A DNA stretch of 64,000 nt from Bugula neritina (taxonomy: Eukaryota > Animalia > Bryozoa), in NCBI GenBank assembly GCA_964035545.1, contig OZ037766.1:14436722-14500721 (forward strand), in the 5' to 3' direction. Position 1 is the stretch's first letter. Every line of letters begins with the position of its first letter. The position numbers were made by a program, and so were the translations under genes. This document shows, piece after piece, positions 28,698-53,200 of the stretch. The notes under the pieces were generated by a model. That model made no database searches and had not been told where the DNA came from. It saw only the letters and a program-made list of their open reading frames with translations.

Positions 28698-29990
28698 TTA
28701 CATCGCTGTTGTAAACACATTGCTGGTTGAAACGGACTCATCATTTACACCATGTGTGGCCTGTGTGGTTGGAGTAATGATAAATATGTTCGGTTGCACA
28801 TCTGCTACGTCATTTGTTGTAATTTGGTTTTGAGTCTCGTGCAGCCCTCTTATCTCAAATTCAGAGTTGTCATCTGCTGTGTTATTGCACTCCAAGCCAT
28901 TAACCTCTTCAACTTCAGTTAACTGTGTTGGGTTGATAACCCCCAACTCAGTTATGTATCTCGGTGCTTCCTGGGAATCATTCATGTCTGCTGCACCCAT
29001 AATATCTGCGTATGATGGTGGCTCTCCTACTTGTGTGTTCTCACTCGATTTCTTTATACACAACTGGCAGCACCTATTGCTAATTGGCTGACAAGTGCAT
29101 GTGAAAGAAAACAGTTTGTTGTCTGACAAAAGTGTAACAGCTGGTGTGATTACCATAGACAGATGTAGTGCAAGAACAGTGTAATGATCCCCTTCTGGGT
29201 ACAAAATAAATAAACACTTCCATAGGAGGTAAAGAGTCACAAACATCAGGTAAGATGAGCAATGAGCATTCATTGCCTTTACTTCTTTTTTTCTCAAAAC
29301 AACAATGTCTGCTAGCCGAGGTGATATTTCGAACTCCACCTGTTTCCATTCTTTGCTGGATATAAAGCATACTGTGTAGCAGGTCATAGTTATCACTATG
29401 GTAGGTAAAACCAGTGCTGGTAGATATAAAGGTAATTCTAGATCATGAACGCAGAAGATGGCACTTGGTAATGAGTAATGTCCAGACAGCATGGCCACGT
29501 GTATTCCTATCACTATGAATGGTAGGATCCATGCAATAGTTATCGCAATGTATAAACCCAATAAATGTGTTTTTAGGTTGATGTTAGGCCACAACACCCT
29601 AACAACCCAGCATATGGATAAGCAGCAGTGCATGATCAGGGTGACCGTGTGCATCGACCCATATACCCAAATTAATACGGAGCACATAGGTCCGTAATAT
29701 AGAAAGTTTGACCCCAAGAAGTTAACTGTCATACAAGGTGCATAAACCACACAGTAGAGAATACAGATGATAAGGAATTGTCCTTCTGTAACACCAATAC
29801 CACGGAGTTTCTTTTCTAGATAATACCGTCTACTGTTTTTTACTAATAGTATCGTACTGGATGTCATGCCAATAAAAAAGAGTAGAATGATTACGGTAGT
29901 GTGAATACTCACAAACAGACCATCTTGAAGTGAATGACTTACAGAAGAGCTTCCCGTTTCAGATTTATTTGGTGTACTTGTGGCATTCAT
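28698..29990 (-). CDS. Intronless atypical rhodopsin-like 7TM receptor (orphan)
   Basis: 430-aa ORF; N-terminal sequons (NAT, NKS); seven hydrophobic segments; TM3 Cys (GPMCS), ECL2 Cys (AIFCV), TM4 W-x-x-P, TM5 P..CY; Cys-rich proximal tail. Confidence 0.8.
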   Translation of the reverse strand: MNATSTPNKSETGSSSVSHSLQDGLFVSIHTTVIILLFFIGMTSSTILLVKNSRRYYLEKKLRGIGVTEGQFLIICILYCVVYAPCMTVNFLGSNFLYYGPMCSVLIWVYGSMHTVTLIMHCCLSICWVVRVLWPNINLKTHLLGLYIAITIAWILPFIVIGIHVAMLSGHYSLPSAIFCVHDLELPLYLPALVLPTIVITMTCYTVCFISSKEWKQVEFEISPRLADIVVLRKKEVKAMNAHCSSYLMFVTLYLLWKCLFILYPEGDHYTVLALHLSMVITPAVTLLSDNKLFSFTCTCQPISNRCCQLCIKKSSENTQVGEPPSYADIMGAADMNDSQEAPRYITELGVINPTQLTEVEEVNGLECNNTADDNSEFEIRGLHETQNQITTNDVADVQPNIFIITPTTQATHGVNDESVSTSNVFTTAM

Positions 29991-31650
29991 ATTGCATAGT
30001 GTGTTGACTGCCGCAGTGAGAAACTTCTAATGGGTAACTCACCAACAGTATTGCTGTTATAAATGCTTACTCATGTATTGCTCAATAATCTGTTGGGATT
30101 TCTCCAGTTTCTTACCACTGTGCTTATGGCCACTGTCTTGTTAGCAATACTTATACCTAATCTATTGTCACACTCTAATAGGATGGAGTCTCTTGAGATG
30201 TCTGACACTGTCACTGTTGGCCATGGGATTCTAGCTCCGCACTCTTTTTCATTAACTAATGGCTGATGACTTTTGTTATAGCTTGATAAAATGATATTGG
30301 CTATATAAGCAGAGACTATATATAAATATTTTTCGTTAGGATATGCTAAGATACAGTTACATCTTATGATTTTTTTTTATTGAACTATGACTCAGAATGA
30401 TGTCAAGATTACAGTTTTCTAAAAAATAGAGGACATTTTTGCGATGTATAATTGTACAATGCATATCATCATGCCTATAACAAAAATTTTTTCAACTGTC
30501 ACTGATGACTATTGATGCATACAAAACTTTTAAGAAGCACTGAAAGTGCATTCCATGCAAATATAAAAGTATGATTCATGCTATAGTAAAATACCAATAT
30601 GGACACAGCACTATTTCAAACCTGTTTTTAGATGAAGATGGGTATTAATATACGTTTAAAATTTTATTATAAATAAATATGTTTACTATTAGCCACTGAA
30701 CTACTTATACACCCCCACCAAATAGTATTACCTACATATTTGAGAGCATAGTATCACAATAAATAAATATAAATTAATAGCTGATCTGTTAACAATTTCT
30801 GTTCTTATGCGCTGGATAAGTTGATACTTGCACTCAGAGCTCCTGAACCTGTTTAAAATGAGATTTAGGTATGAAATGCTATAATATAGAGTAGGAAGAA
30901 ATTCAATGTAAAGATCTATCCTAATGTCATTGTTTATTTAGGCATGTATACATGTATACACAATCTTTCAGGAAATGGCTTTTAAATAACATAAACTATA
31001 ATTGAATGGGCTATCTGTGTCTATTTGAAAATGTCAAAACATAAAATCATAATTTATAATATGGGTTGTCAATGTTAAAGAAATTTTTATGCAGTATAAA
31101 TAAATAAATAAACAACACAATAGAGTTAAATAATAAACTCAAATAAAATACATAACTTCAAACATCACAAAATTTTGGACGGCATTTAACAAATAAATTA
31201 AGCGTAAATGAATTATTGGGTCAACATGATTAAAATATAATATTCTATATTATATATTTGAACAGTTTCAGATAAGCTATATTAAATAAAATTGGCAGGA
31301 ATTATAATCACAGAAAAGCTAATGAAAAAGTTAAATTACTAAAAAATATGCAACAGAAATTGAAATATCTATTTAGTTTATAATTCTGAGATCTTTATGA
31401 ACAACATAGCAAAAAGTATAAATTTATATATTAGATATTTGTTGTGCATATGTAGCAATGCTATCACATAAAGTAAGAGGACGGTCAGAAAGATATAGAC
31501 TGAGTTTTGTGCTGTCTCACACAGCATACATGGCATGTATCTGCTGAACAGTAAAAAGTACTACACATATTGCAGTTGAGTCTATTATATTAATATAACT
31601 GAAGATAAGGTTTCAACAGTGTTTGTCAATGGCAGAACACCAAGCTGTCC

Positions 31651-34600
31651 TCATTTAATGTTATTCATGGCAAGTCCCAGTGGATCATCATCCGTCTTGA
31701 AACGCTTAACTCTAGTGAAGTTGTCATTCTCATCGGCTTCTGTGACAGCAAAACCAGAAGCTGTATGCTTGCCTCCATCTCCGTTGAAACCAGAGCTTAT
31801 GGAAGCCATGCTGGGCAGGCCTCTGCTGCTAGTTCTGAGCTGATCATTGTTCTCAATCAACTATAAATCATATTACACAGTGCAGTCACATATATTACAA
31901 CAGCATTCCTCTCAAACTGCTCATCTATTACAAATGGCTGGCTTAGGTTTAACAGGAACTTCAATTTAACTTGGGAAAAATACTATTCAACGTATTTTCA
32001 TAGAGAAAATAAAATATCAAACTTTACAACTGGTCATAAAATCTATAGTCCAGTGAATGTAATTTTTAAAATTAGAAGCGATGACCGTCAAATTAGCAAA
32101 TATCAACAAGTTTGTAAAAAACAGACATCATCTGACTGATTATATAACCTAGTGGCTAGTAATAGGTAACAATAATAGAAATAAGCTGACCTCGGCCATA
32201 ACAGCTATCGGAGTTCTAGAAGTAGCTGCTGCTACCTTGTGTTCCACCAGATAGAACATGTACTCATCATAGAGTAGACGGATAAGATGAAAGCTGCCAA
32301 AGGAAACAGCACTGCGTAAGGTGAGATCCCTGATCACCATTGAACTGCAATATAAATACCAACTAAATGTAATGCATAGTGCATCTAAAGTAACAGCAAC
32401 ACTTCGAGAGTAAAAATATCAAGACTCGTCATTATTAGACTAAATAACTAATTGATATTCAAAACCTGAAGTTACAAGCCGTTCAATCAACAAGCATGTC
32501 ATGCAACTAATTCATGGACTAACCTGTAGAATGACCACTTGAGAAGAAAGTTTCTGGCAGCACGACTATAAGACTCTTTACCCTCATAAGATCCCAGTGT
32601 CTCATCCAAAATCTTTTCCAGCCAATCACGCCATTCTTCAAGACTATGTTCACCTTGAAGAAAGTCCTTGAACTTTGCCTCTATGTTACGAACAGAATAC
32701 TCAGAACATTGGCACACCCAGGCTGCCTGTTCCTGTAGGTAAGAAAATATGTACCACATGATAGTTTAGGTTACAGCAATAGATGCTAGCAGTTTAGAAA
32801 TAACACATCATGTTTATATTATGTTTCATATAACTTGATTGTATCATTAGAACAACGGAAACATAGTGCTAGTGTTGTAAGTGCTAATGTCGGAAGTCTA
32901 TATGACATTCACAGTTATGAATTTTAAACTAAAGCAGTAGACAATTCACTGCTATAAAAGTAGTTAATTTAGATTTTAGGCTCTGCAGTTGAAATAATTT
33001 CCGACTCACTTTACAACAGACATTATTTTATAATTAACATCTCAGGTGCTGTTACCTGAATGTTGGAAAAATCAACACGTGCCAGATCCATCATCATTTG
33101 CTGTATTTGAGAGGAGTTAATGAGAACAGCCCGAGCTGCCTGGGCTAAATGATTGAGAGAAGTATAGCGTCTGAGAGTCTGAGAAAATGCAGTCAAAGCT
33201 GTCAACTACAACACAGTAATTCAACATCAAGTGGCAGCGACATGTACCTGTTCTATTAATATAGCAACATTTACAACATTATTGAAAGATGTTGAAGTTA
33301 AGTAGCTTTATCAGCTTCTGATAATCTGGTATATTGTTGTATGGAATCTGGTCACCAGATTTCTAAATACAAATTTTTTGTTGACATGACTACAACTTTG
33401 AATAATATAAACTTTGCTTTGTTTTGCTTTATAGTACCTAAATGGACAACTTCCGGGACATAGTTAAAATTTGAAGCACTAGACTCTAGAGCTATTAAAT
33501 TTTATTCTAGTAGGGCAAACTTAAACAAGCATGCAGCTTTACAGTACAGAGGTGCTACTTTAATGTTCTAACTGTAACTATGAAAGAAGGATATTTTATT
33601 TACCTTGATTTTAAGAATAATATCAGGTGCTCCAGCAAGGGCGCTTCTCAACCACCCTTCCAAACTTTTAGCAAAATTCCGAATTGTCTGAGTGAGTGAG
33701 CCTAAGTGCCACAATAGTTTAATATGTAATATCACTTGAACGAAAAATTACTACTAGGTGAAAAAACACGTTGAAGCATGAAAAATTATCATGTATTATT
33801 TTACAAAAAAAACAACCGCTACAAAAAATTAAATTATTTATTCCTATAACTATTAAAATAAAAGAATACCTACACTCGCCAACATATAGCTATTTAAAAC
33901 AATATTGTATTACGTACATTCCATGTACAATGGTGTCTAATGTAATATAAAGCAGTAAGTAATTTACTAGGAATGGGCCTGAGAACATCTGGTATGAGGA
34001 CCTCCACTAGAGACTGGTAGAATGAATAATCCATCTGCTTAACAAACTTCTGCACTTCACTCATGCGAGACAATGTGAATAACTTCTCTTTAGGGAGCTT
34101 GCTTTCAAAACTTGGAAACTCACTAAAATAAGAGACCAACTTTTCAAACATGATAAAAAAGTGAAAAGTGGTTTTAGTACCAAAAGAGGATTCACTATTA
34201 ACATAATTTAATCAACAGAAAGTACTGAAAATGAACAATAAAATTATATGAGAAAACTATATAAATGAAAATGAATAGTGAAAGAATTCAAGATTTTCAA
34301 TGTAATAAAACAAATTTGAAGTAAATTTGAATTTTACAAAAATATTCAGGTGTGTATAGATCACTCTGTGTAGTATAGTAATAGCACAGCAACAAAGAGT
34401 ACACAATAGACTGTATTGGCTACACAGCTCTACGATACTGTAAATACATACCTTGTTGGTTTCCTCCAGAACTCTTGCCAATGGCTCTCAATTTGGTTAA
34501 ACTGCAGTTTAACAACGATGTCTAAGATTGCCTGAAGATACGAATAACTAGCGTGAGATTAGAGGTAACATGAGTATATCAACGATCATAACATAGCATT

Positions 34601-36962
34601 CACGTAAGCCGACAGCCTTCATAAATAATGAGAAATAAGTATATATAAACCAAGAAAAACCAACCTCACAATGCTCTCTGTACATAGTACTGAACATTTG
34701 AATGTCATGTTGATTTATTCCATCAGGCACACAACTGCTTTCTAAAACTATATGGATATCTCTGGGTATAGCATCTATTGCAGTTCCAAGATACTGACGG
34801 TGTTTATTTTCAGATGTGGACGTAGCAACCATCTCTGCACTAATTGAGGTTGGCTCAGACTAAAATAGATTTCAAGTGTGTAACAAATTCACCACACAAA
34901 TATAAAAAGAGTAGAGTACAGGCAATGTAGAAAAATGTCATGTGAATAGTACCTTTGGAGTCACTGGATTAGAGTCTGCTTCCTCAGTGGTAGTAGTGGA
35001 CTTGAATACTCTTCTTTGAGGCTGTGTAGGTTGTCTCATGGCTACTGGGGTTTCATCTGGCATTAGCTGATTGAGACCACTAGACGGCTTCAGCCTTATA
35101 CCATAATAGTGGTATCTGGAGTTGCCTCTACATATGAATAAAATCACTATCTATATACAAGTGTATAAACAAGTACATTTGCACACAGATAACTAACAAG
35201 GCAATAGTCATATATTTAAATTGGAGTTATGCACCCAGTCAACACAAATGCCTTTTATGTAAAATAAAACTTACATTTGATATAAGTATAAGTAATAAAA
35301 TGTTGGTTAGTTTTGACTCAAATCGACTTAAAGTGTTCACAGCAAAACAGTAGCAATAGAACAACTACACAGCTGTAGGCTTTGCAGTAAGCATGTCCAA
35401 ATTTAGTCTAATGACTTTCTTTCATACATAATGAATATGCAACTGCTTTATAATTTGTATTTTTATAAAAAATGTAACTTGTACTCTGATGACAACCCAA
35501 GCAATTTGTGTTTGAGTCTACAAATATTTGATATAAATTCAATTGCAAATATTTGCCCCAGCAGTAAATTTTAATCTACTTAAAAACTTATAGTGTCCAA
35601 TAGTACAGAGTTATTACAACTAGCACATACCTCTGTCCGAGTCTTCTAGTTTTCAGATCTCTGAAAATCATTCTCACCAACTTTCCAAATGACGCTGGGT
35701 TGGATGGCTCAACATTCTCTGTCTGACAGTGGTGGATATAAAAATTGTAAAGTACACTTCTAGGGAGACTTACACCTTCACATGGTTCAAAATTTTCTAG
35801 TAGCCATTTTACCTGCCAAAAGATATGCATTTTCAAATGAATTGCCATATGTGCAAATTGAAAAAGTACCAAGTTTAATAATCAACTATCATTTAGATAT
35901 TTCTATTCTAAGATATAAAATAAGAGACCGTAGCAGGAGCTGCTCTCGTAGTATGAGCAAGGGGATAGCCTTCTCCATCCATAGTTCCACTCTGGAGATA
36001 AAATGTCTGACCAATATGTTGTATAACATCCCCTGATCCGTGGTACTGCTAAAGCACACATCAGATTCCAGTACCAAGTAAAGAATTCAGAATGCAATGA
36101 CATAGCATAAAAAATACACCAGCTAATTGAGTTGTAGTAGAAATATAGCAAAGTTCATAATTGTATGCAAATAACAGACAAGTAAGAATACTTACAGAGT
36201 TGTTGGTGCTGTAAGAGTAGTGACCAGCAGGTGAAGAGTAACCACCATCTGCATATTGATATTGCCTGCAACATACAATAAAAATATAAATATATATAAC
36301 TCATTTTTCTCGAGTTATAAGACACACACACGCACACACATATATATATACACACACTGAATTAAACTTACACATTGCCAGTGTTCTGCTGAGTAGTAGT
36401 GTAGACTATAGACTCGGTATTAGAAACAGGTCTATTTCCTGCATCCAGGTACTGTACTGAAGGTGATGCGAAGGGTGCAGCATGATCTGAGCCTTGTGAA
36501 CCATGAGAACCTGCACCAACTAACAAGTAGTGATGATTAAAGTATTTCATTGTCAAGCCCTTTTTATCATAGGTATTGACTTACAACGAATGGTCAAAGA
36601 AAACAAAAATGCCTAAAGTAGGCAGAGCATAATCAACAGTAGAACTTTTTTTACAAAATTATGCAATTTGCACTAAAATTAAAAAACTTCAAACTTTTAT
36701 CAATGATGATTGGCATGCCCAGTAACTTTTTTGGTGAACACACAAGATAATTAAGTGAGGTACCTGTGACAATGTATTGCTGGTGCTGGGGTTGAGTTGT
36801 GTTAGATGTACCGTGAACCACAGCAGCTGGTTGTATTATAGTAGTACCTTTACTTTGAGTAACAACAAACTGCTTAGGATTTGCAACAGCACCACCTGGG
36901 CCAGCAACCAAAATTTTCTTTGGTGCATCGTGCGCTGCGAACCTTTTAGATTGATCCTCCAT
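31651..36962 (-). CDS. RFX: RFX transcription factor of the RFX1/2/3 (DAF-19) group
   Basis: About 14 exons; DNA-binding domain HTTRAAPAT|[43 protein letters not shown]|[11 protein letters not shown]; B, C and dimerisation domains ([71 protein letters not shown]). Confidence 0.97.
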
Positions 36963-38179
36963 GCAGTGTTCTCACCCGAGAGTACTGTCACTATATAGCA
37001 AATTACATTTATTCAAAATAATTAATTATTTTAGAAGCCTAAAATCAGCATAGATGTGGTGCAACATTTTTGCCCAGCAAAAGAAAAAATCCACGAAATG
37101 AAGCAATGTTCTCTTTTGCATATATCAAATATCAAATAATACCATGCAGGTTATAACTGTTACCTGTGTACACATCATCAGAACATTTGCTTAATATAAA
37201 ACATGCTTACAGCAGCTAGGATATATGTGATCATTAAAAAGAATGTGGGTTCATAAATTTAGTTATTCTTTAGGTATCATAATAAAATGAATGTCTTTTA
37301 ATACATATTTTATTGATTAACATAAAAAGTTATTGTTTTATCACAATATATTTCAGTAAATAAAACAAAAATTAGTGACACAAATCTTGAATAAAACCAT
37401 TATTGCTTCCAGTTTATAACTAATGTTGGTACTGTTGGTATACCTATTAACCTGGTAAATTATTTTTATAAAAGGCTGAGCTGTAATTAACATTTAAACA
37501 AATGTAAAATTAAAAACATAAACAGCTTTTATAGCTTTATGCAAATTTTACAATAATTATAAGGTTTCTCATATCCCACAGTGATAAATAAAATAAGGCC
37601 ATCCAATCTTTTTTAATTTAGACACTGAATAATGAAATAAAACACAATATTATTATAATATAACTGTCGCTATAACCATTGGTGTACTTATACTAATAAT
37701 TTTATCAATAATATTACGAGATTCGTTTTAGTACATTGACAAAAAATTCTTCCAGAAATAAATTTTCAAGTGTATTATTATGTAGTTGTACGGCAAGACT
37801 AAGTATAACATAATGATAATTGCATTTTTAAAAAGCAAATGAAACCATCAGACTGAGTTTTTTGTTTCATGCAGCGTTTTAAAATCGAATACGCATATAT
37901 AGCAATTGTTATCATTTTAGGTTAAGCCTTGAAACACATTTTAAATTAGAAAACGGTTCACATTTGAATCGATTATTATTTAACGATGTAAACGAATTTA
38001 AATTTGAACATCAGCCTCAGGTGGAAAATGGGTTTGAAAACATTTTTATTTTAAAATAGTTATTAAATGTTTTTTTTGTTGAAAATGCATATGACATATT
38101 GCACTAAAATTACAAATAAGTATTTAACTATGTAACTACAACAGACATCGCTATTAACTACAATTAATTTAAAATTTAC

Positions 38180-38620
38180 CTCTAATGGTTACAGTAGTCA
38201 AAGGCTACGGTGGCTATGGTGAGTTATTCCTACTAGCAACTGTTGCCAGACGCTGACTAGAAGAAGTGTGTCGAGGCGCTGAAAAGTATATGGAAGAACA
38301 GCTGTATAAATCTTGTGTTTTTAATAACTTAAATAAATTTATTTTTAACAAAAATATTATTTAATGCTTTTTACTTATGTTTTTCAAAAATTAAATCAAT
38401 AAATTCAGGTTTTATTTGACAATTTTTACGTGCGGTGTAACATTAATGCAAATAACGCATCCTTATGTATGTGCACTAGAACCGTGTAACTATTTAAAAA
38501 TTTCGATAGTTTATAGTATTATATTTTTGCACCTCATAATGCCGATGTAAACAAACACTCTACTTCCGTCAAAAAGTCACGCATTGATGAAGGGAATTAA
38601 TTTTTTTACGTATGATCAGG
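38180..38620. promoter_or_regulatory. Probable bidirectional RFX/ECD promoter region including a non-coding RFX exon 1
   Basis: Minus-strand donor AG|GTAAAT at ~38179; X-box-like sites GTGGCTATGGTGAG, CTAGCAAC and GTTGCCAG at 38210-38250; ETS-like CTTCCG at ~38563; head-to-head genes. Confidence 0.5.
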
Positions 38621-38764
38621 GTGATATTATAATTATACTTATAGTAACACTAACAGTTGCTTCAATTTGATCATATTCATACTTTCCCTTTTGACTATTG
38701 ACTACTGAAAATTTGTAAAAAGCCACGTTGCACTAGTGCTAGATTGTATTAGTTTTTTTTTAAT

Positions 38765-49279
<10,515 letters not shown>

Positions 49280-50209
49280 TATTGCAAATAGTTATATGTA
49301 TTGAGCCAGTTTATTAACCAACAAAGATAAAGCTATTTCAGCAATATTGATTTATTTAGATTTTCAACAATTTTATGATTGATTGAAGCATACAAAATCC
49401 AAATGTCCAAAATATGTTTTAGCTCGTATTTCTACAGAAAACTTTCCGAGAATTATTGGAACTAGTTCTGTGTATATATATTAAAGGTTCTGTAGGTCAA
49501 GTAAAATATAGATCAATTTACAATTAAAATACTAATTTTTTAGAAGGCTATGTTAGATAAAAGTGCACTACCACCTTGAAGGTGCATATGAAAATGAATC
49601 TATGGTGACAAAGAGCAGTCAAACATCAAAATTTTAAAACTGCATCAAAATTTCAGGATTCATTTAGCAATCAGAATATTTAAAAACTATATCAATAAAT
49701 ATTCAACAAAATCACAGATATTTTTTATGATGGAGACACAGAGCATGGCAACAGTGACATCAATGTCTAATTCGTAATAGTTTTTTATGAATCAAATAAT
49801 TCCATCATATAATATTATATCTTCGGATATATCGAAAAATTATATTTACAAATGGTTTCAAACCTAACAAAAGCTACTCTAATCTTTTATATTAAATATA
49901 AAGTATCTATTGGCCAAAGATATAGCAGTACTACAATAGTTTGTCAACTCGTGAATTAGTTGCTATATATACAAGATTCAACTAGCCTATCTGGAAACCA
50001 GTCAAGTTGAAAATCTCTCACTGCTGTCCAGCAGGTCAAATAAGCACCAAACTTACAACAGACTGTATATTTCAAAATAAAAATCAATATATTACTCCAA
50101 TATATAAAACTAAATGATAAACAGCCTTAGGCCATATATGCTATGGTATGGGTGATACGAGGTATGTCAAGGTATATGGGCGAGATGACTCCTCGGCAAC
50201 CTTCTCTGG

Positions 50210-53200
50210 CTACAAGTTTGGTTGATTGACTGGGTATAATAGTTTAGTAGTCAATTGTGCATTATGATGAGCAAGACTGTGGTCTTTATAGTACATCACC
50301 AAATCCACTAAACTACTATAAGTTATATAAGGCTCGGCGAATCCATAATGTCCATCTTGATATATGACTCTACAGTGGCCAACACCTCCATTGATGCTGT
50401 AAAGCAAAAATATGAGCACATTTAATTAATTGGCATAACTTACATCCTGTTACACAGTGAACACGGTAGTAAACTAGTAATCTAAATTCCAGATGATCCT
50501 TCATGGAAAAGGGAGGTAACAAAATCAGTCAAGCTGATTTAACTAATAAAAAGCTAGCTACTGCTCACACTATACAACAGCTGAAACTTAAAGGCAATGT
50601 TTAACTGATCTTGTTGCCAGTTTATAAATCACATGCAAGGCATACAAATGCCATAAATTGGCACCAGCACATTTCAATACAAGGTTACAACACAAAGCTA
50701 TCTACATTATATATGTTAAATATATAAATACATGAAGCCAACCAGATTTTTTTGAATATTTTAAAAAGGAAATAGTAGAGGAAATATCAAGATAACCCAT
50801 TTAAATAAACTCATTAAAATCACTAAACAAAAAATTTTGAAACTTACGCAATGGACAATGAGTGTGGAAATCCTGATTTTCCAGGTCTCATGAGAAAAGT
50901 ACCATCCGCGCATCCAGTTAACCTTTTCTGGGCCTCATCTCTTGTACAGTTTATATACCAGTTGTTTTTATTTTTATGTGGAGCTTCTTTACTAGTATGA
51001 TGCACTGGAGTTATATTGGTAAAGGTCTGTAGGTGACTTTCAAGTCTATGGTTAGAAGTGTGAGGAGGTATGTAGGATGAACTTGGCCTGCTTGGCTGAA
51101 AAGAATGTGTGCCAGAGTGTGACCAATGTGAATGCTGTCCAATCTTCAACATGTCATCCAGCTGGTATTGCAGATATCCATGACTCAACAGTGCACTACA
51201 GACAAATCACAATAACTATATCCAACATGATGACTTCACAACTCTCACAATACAGCTTTTCACCAACTAAAAGAATACATGTAGGTATTACAGTTTTTAG
51301 CCAAGTTTAGCCAATAAGCTACTGTGCTTGTGCCTATTTATTCTCTTCAGTCTGAAAATCTCATTGAAAATGATAAATCTGTGAAGAAGTATCAAACACG
51401 TCAATGTGTTCAACTCCTTCAACTGGCTAAACAAGCTGAAACTCCAATGAACTATGGAGGCAGCAGGAATAAAACAATTGTATAAACAGAAATGTTAGAC
51501 TATCATTTTAAAAACTATCTTGGCATTTTAGCTTTGAGCTATGATGCCTATTGCTCAACAGTCAAGTTAGCAAAAACTATTGGGGAAACTTATATTGAGA
51601 CGCATGAGTACTACAGACAGGCATATGCCATATATGGTAAATGTAACAAGCAGCCAATTTAAGATTCAACAGTTGGCAGAACACACTGCAAACTGATCCA
51701 ACATTCTGTCAACGGGTCACATTTATAATTTGAGGTTAAATGCTTGGAATTTTTTGACAAATTTATTAACAAAATTCACATTACTATAAACATAGTAGCA
51801 TAGCATTTAAATGTGAAGCAGAATTATCATTTGGCACAAAGTGTATAATGGCACACCTTATGATATGCTCCTGCCGCTTTGTCAGCTTTTTCAGGTTGGG
51901 TCTAATAGTATTCAAGTCAACTGCCAATTTGGAATTGAAGCCACTTTTTTCTTGTATTGTGTTCCCCAGAATGCCCATATTAGCATTGATACTTTTTAGT
52001 CGTTCTCTCAATGCCTCGGAATTCGTTTGTACTCTGAAGCATAAATAAACAGTCTTCATAAGATTAAAAATATGTACTTCTGTCACCACTTGTTGAATGT
52101 CATAATAAAAGATGAAGATGATAATGGTAACAGCCTGGGTTTACAATGTGTGATCACTTTTCATACGAAATTGCAATATTGAAAAAAAGTACAATTCTAC
52201 ACCTCCCTCAACAAACCAGCAACAAAAAGACAAAAACATCAAATAAGAAAACAAAGTTTCATATCTGAGATAATTAATATAATATACAAATATGTATTCA
52301 TAACAGAACTCCTACTTTATCACCTACTTACCAAATAAATAAATTTCTAAAATTTACAGAAAAACTAACATTTGATTAAAACTTTCTAATTTATGAGCGA
52401 AAGTAATAATAACACTTACTCTGCAGTCTCTCCGTTAGACTTCTGCAGAGAATACTGATCAATCTGTTCCTCAAATATTTTACTCAATTCTTTGAAAGAT
52501 TCCTGAGCTTGCAGCAACATTTTAATATCGTGAGATAATTTAAACTGTTTCTCTTGCAGGTGCTCGCAGTCCCTGGTGAGGGACAACAACTCCCCGTGGT
52601 TTCTCTCCAGCTGTACGATCAACGAGTGAGGGTCACTTGTTCTTACTATTTCATACTACAATCAACAGTAAAATCTTACATGTGTGTAGACAACTTATAA
52701 CTGAAATATATACTGAAACTTCTTTACTTGGCTTTAGTTGAATTCTAAAATTAGGATAAACCTGAGAAATTCAATTGTATAAATGATCTCTCAGAGCTAA
52801 AGTAAACTGAATACTACAGCATATTGTTAATAAGGCTTCTGTGTCTGCCACTATGGCTTTTACAAAAAAAAGCACCTCCAGGGCACTTAAATTTAAATTT
52901 TGCACAAAGAGTAAACTTATTTCTTCTAAGCTAAATAATTAGCTTCAGCACCTTCTAAGATAAAACCAATTGTAAATATATTCAGTACCAGAATAGTAAG
53001 TAATGTTGATGCATTATGTAAACATACCTGGGAGTGGCGGGCTATGCCACGATGTAGCCTGATATTGAGTTGAGGGTTGTATTCCTCCAATGAATTGTGC
53101 TGATAGTAACTGATGAGGGCAGGAACAGAGTCAAAAGAGCATGAATCTGTGCAGAATCCATATAATCCGTGGCGGTGATAGATTTTTATGAGGAGATTAC

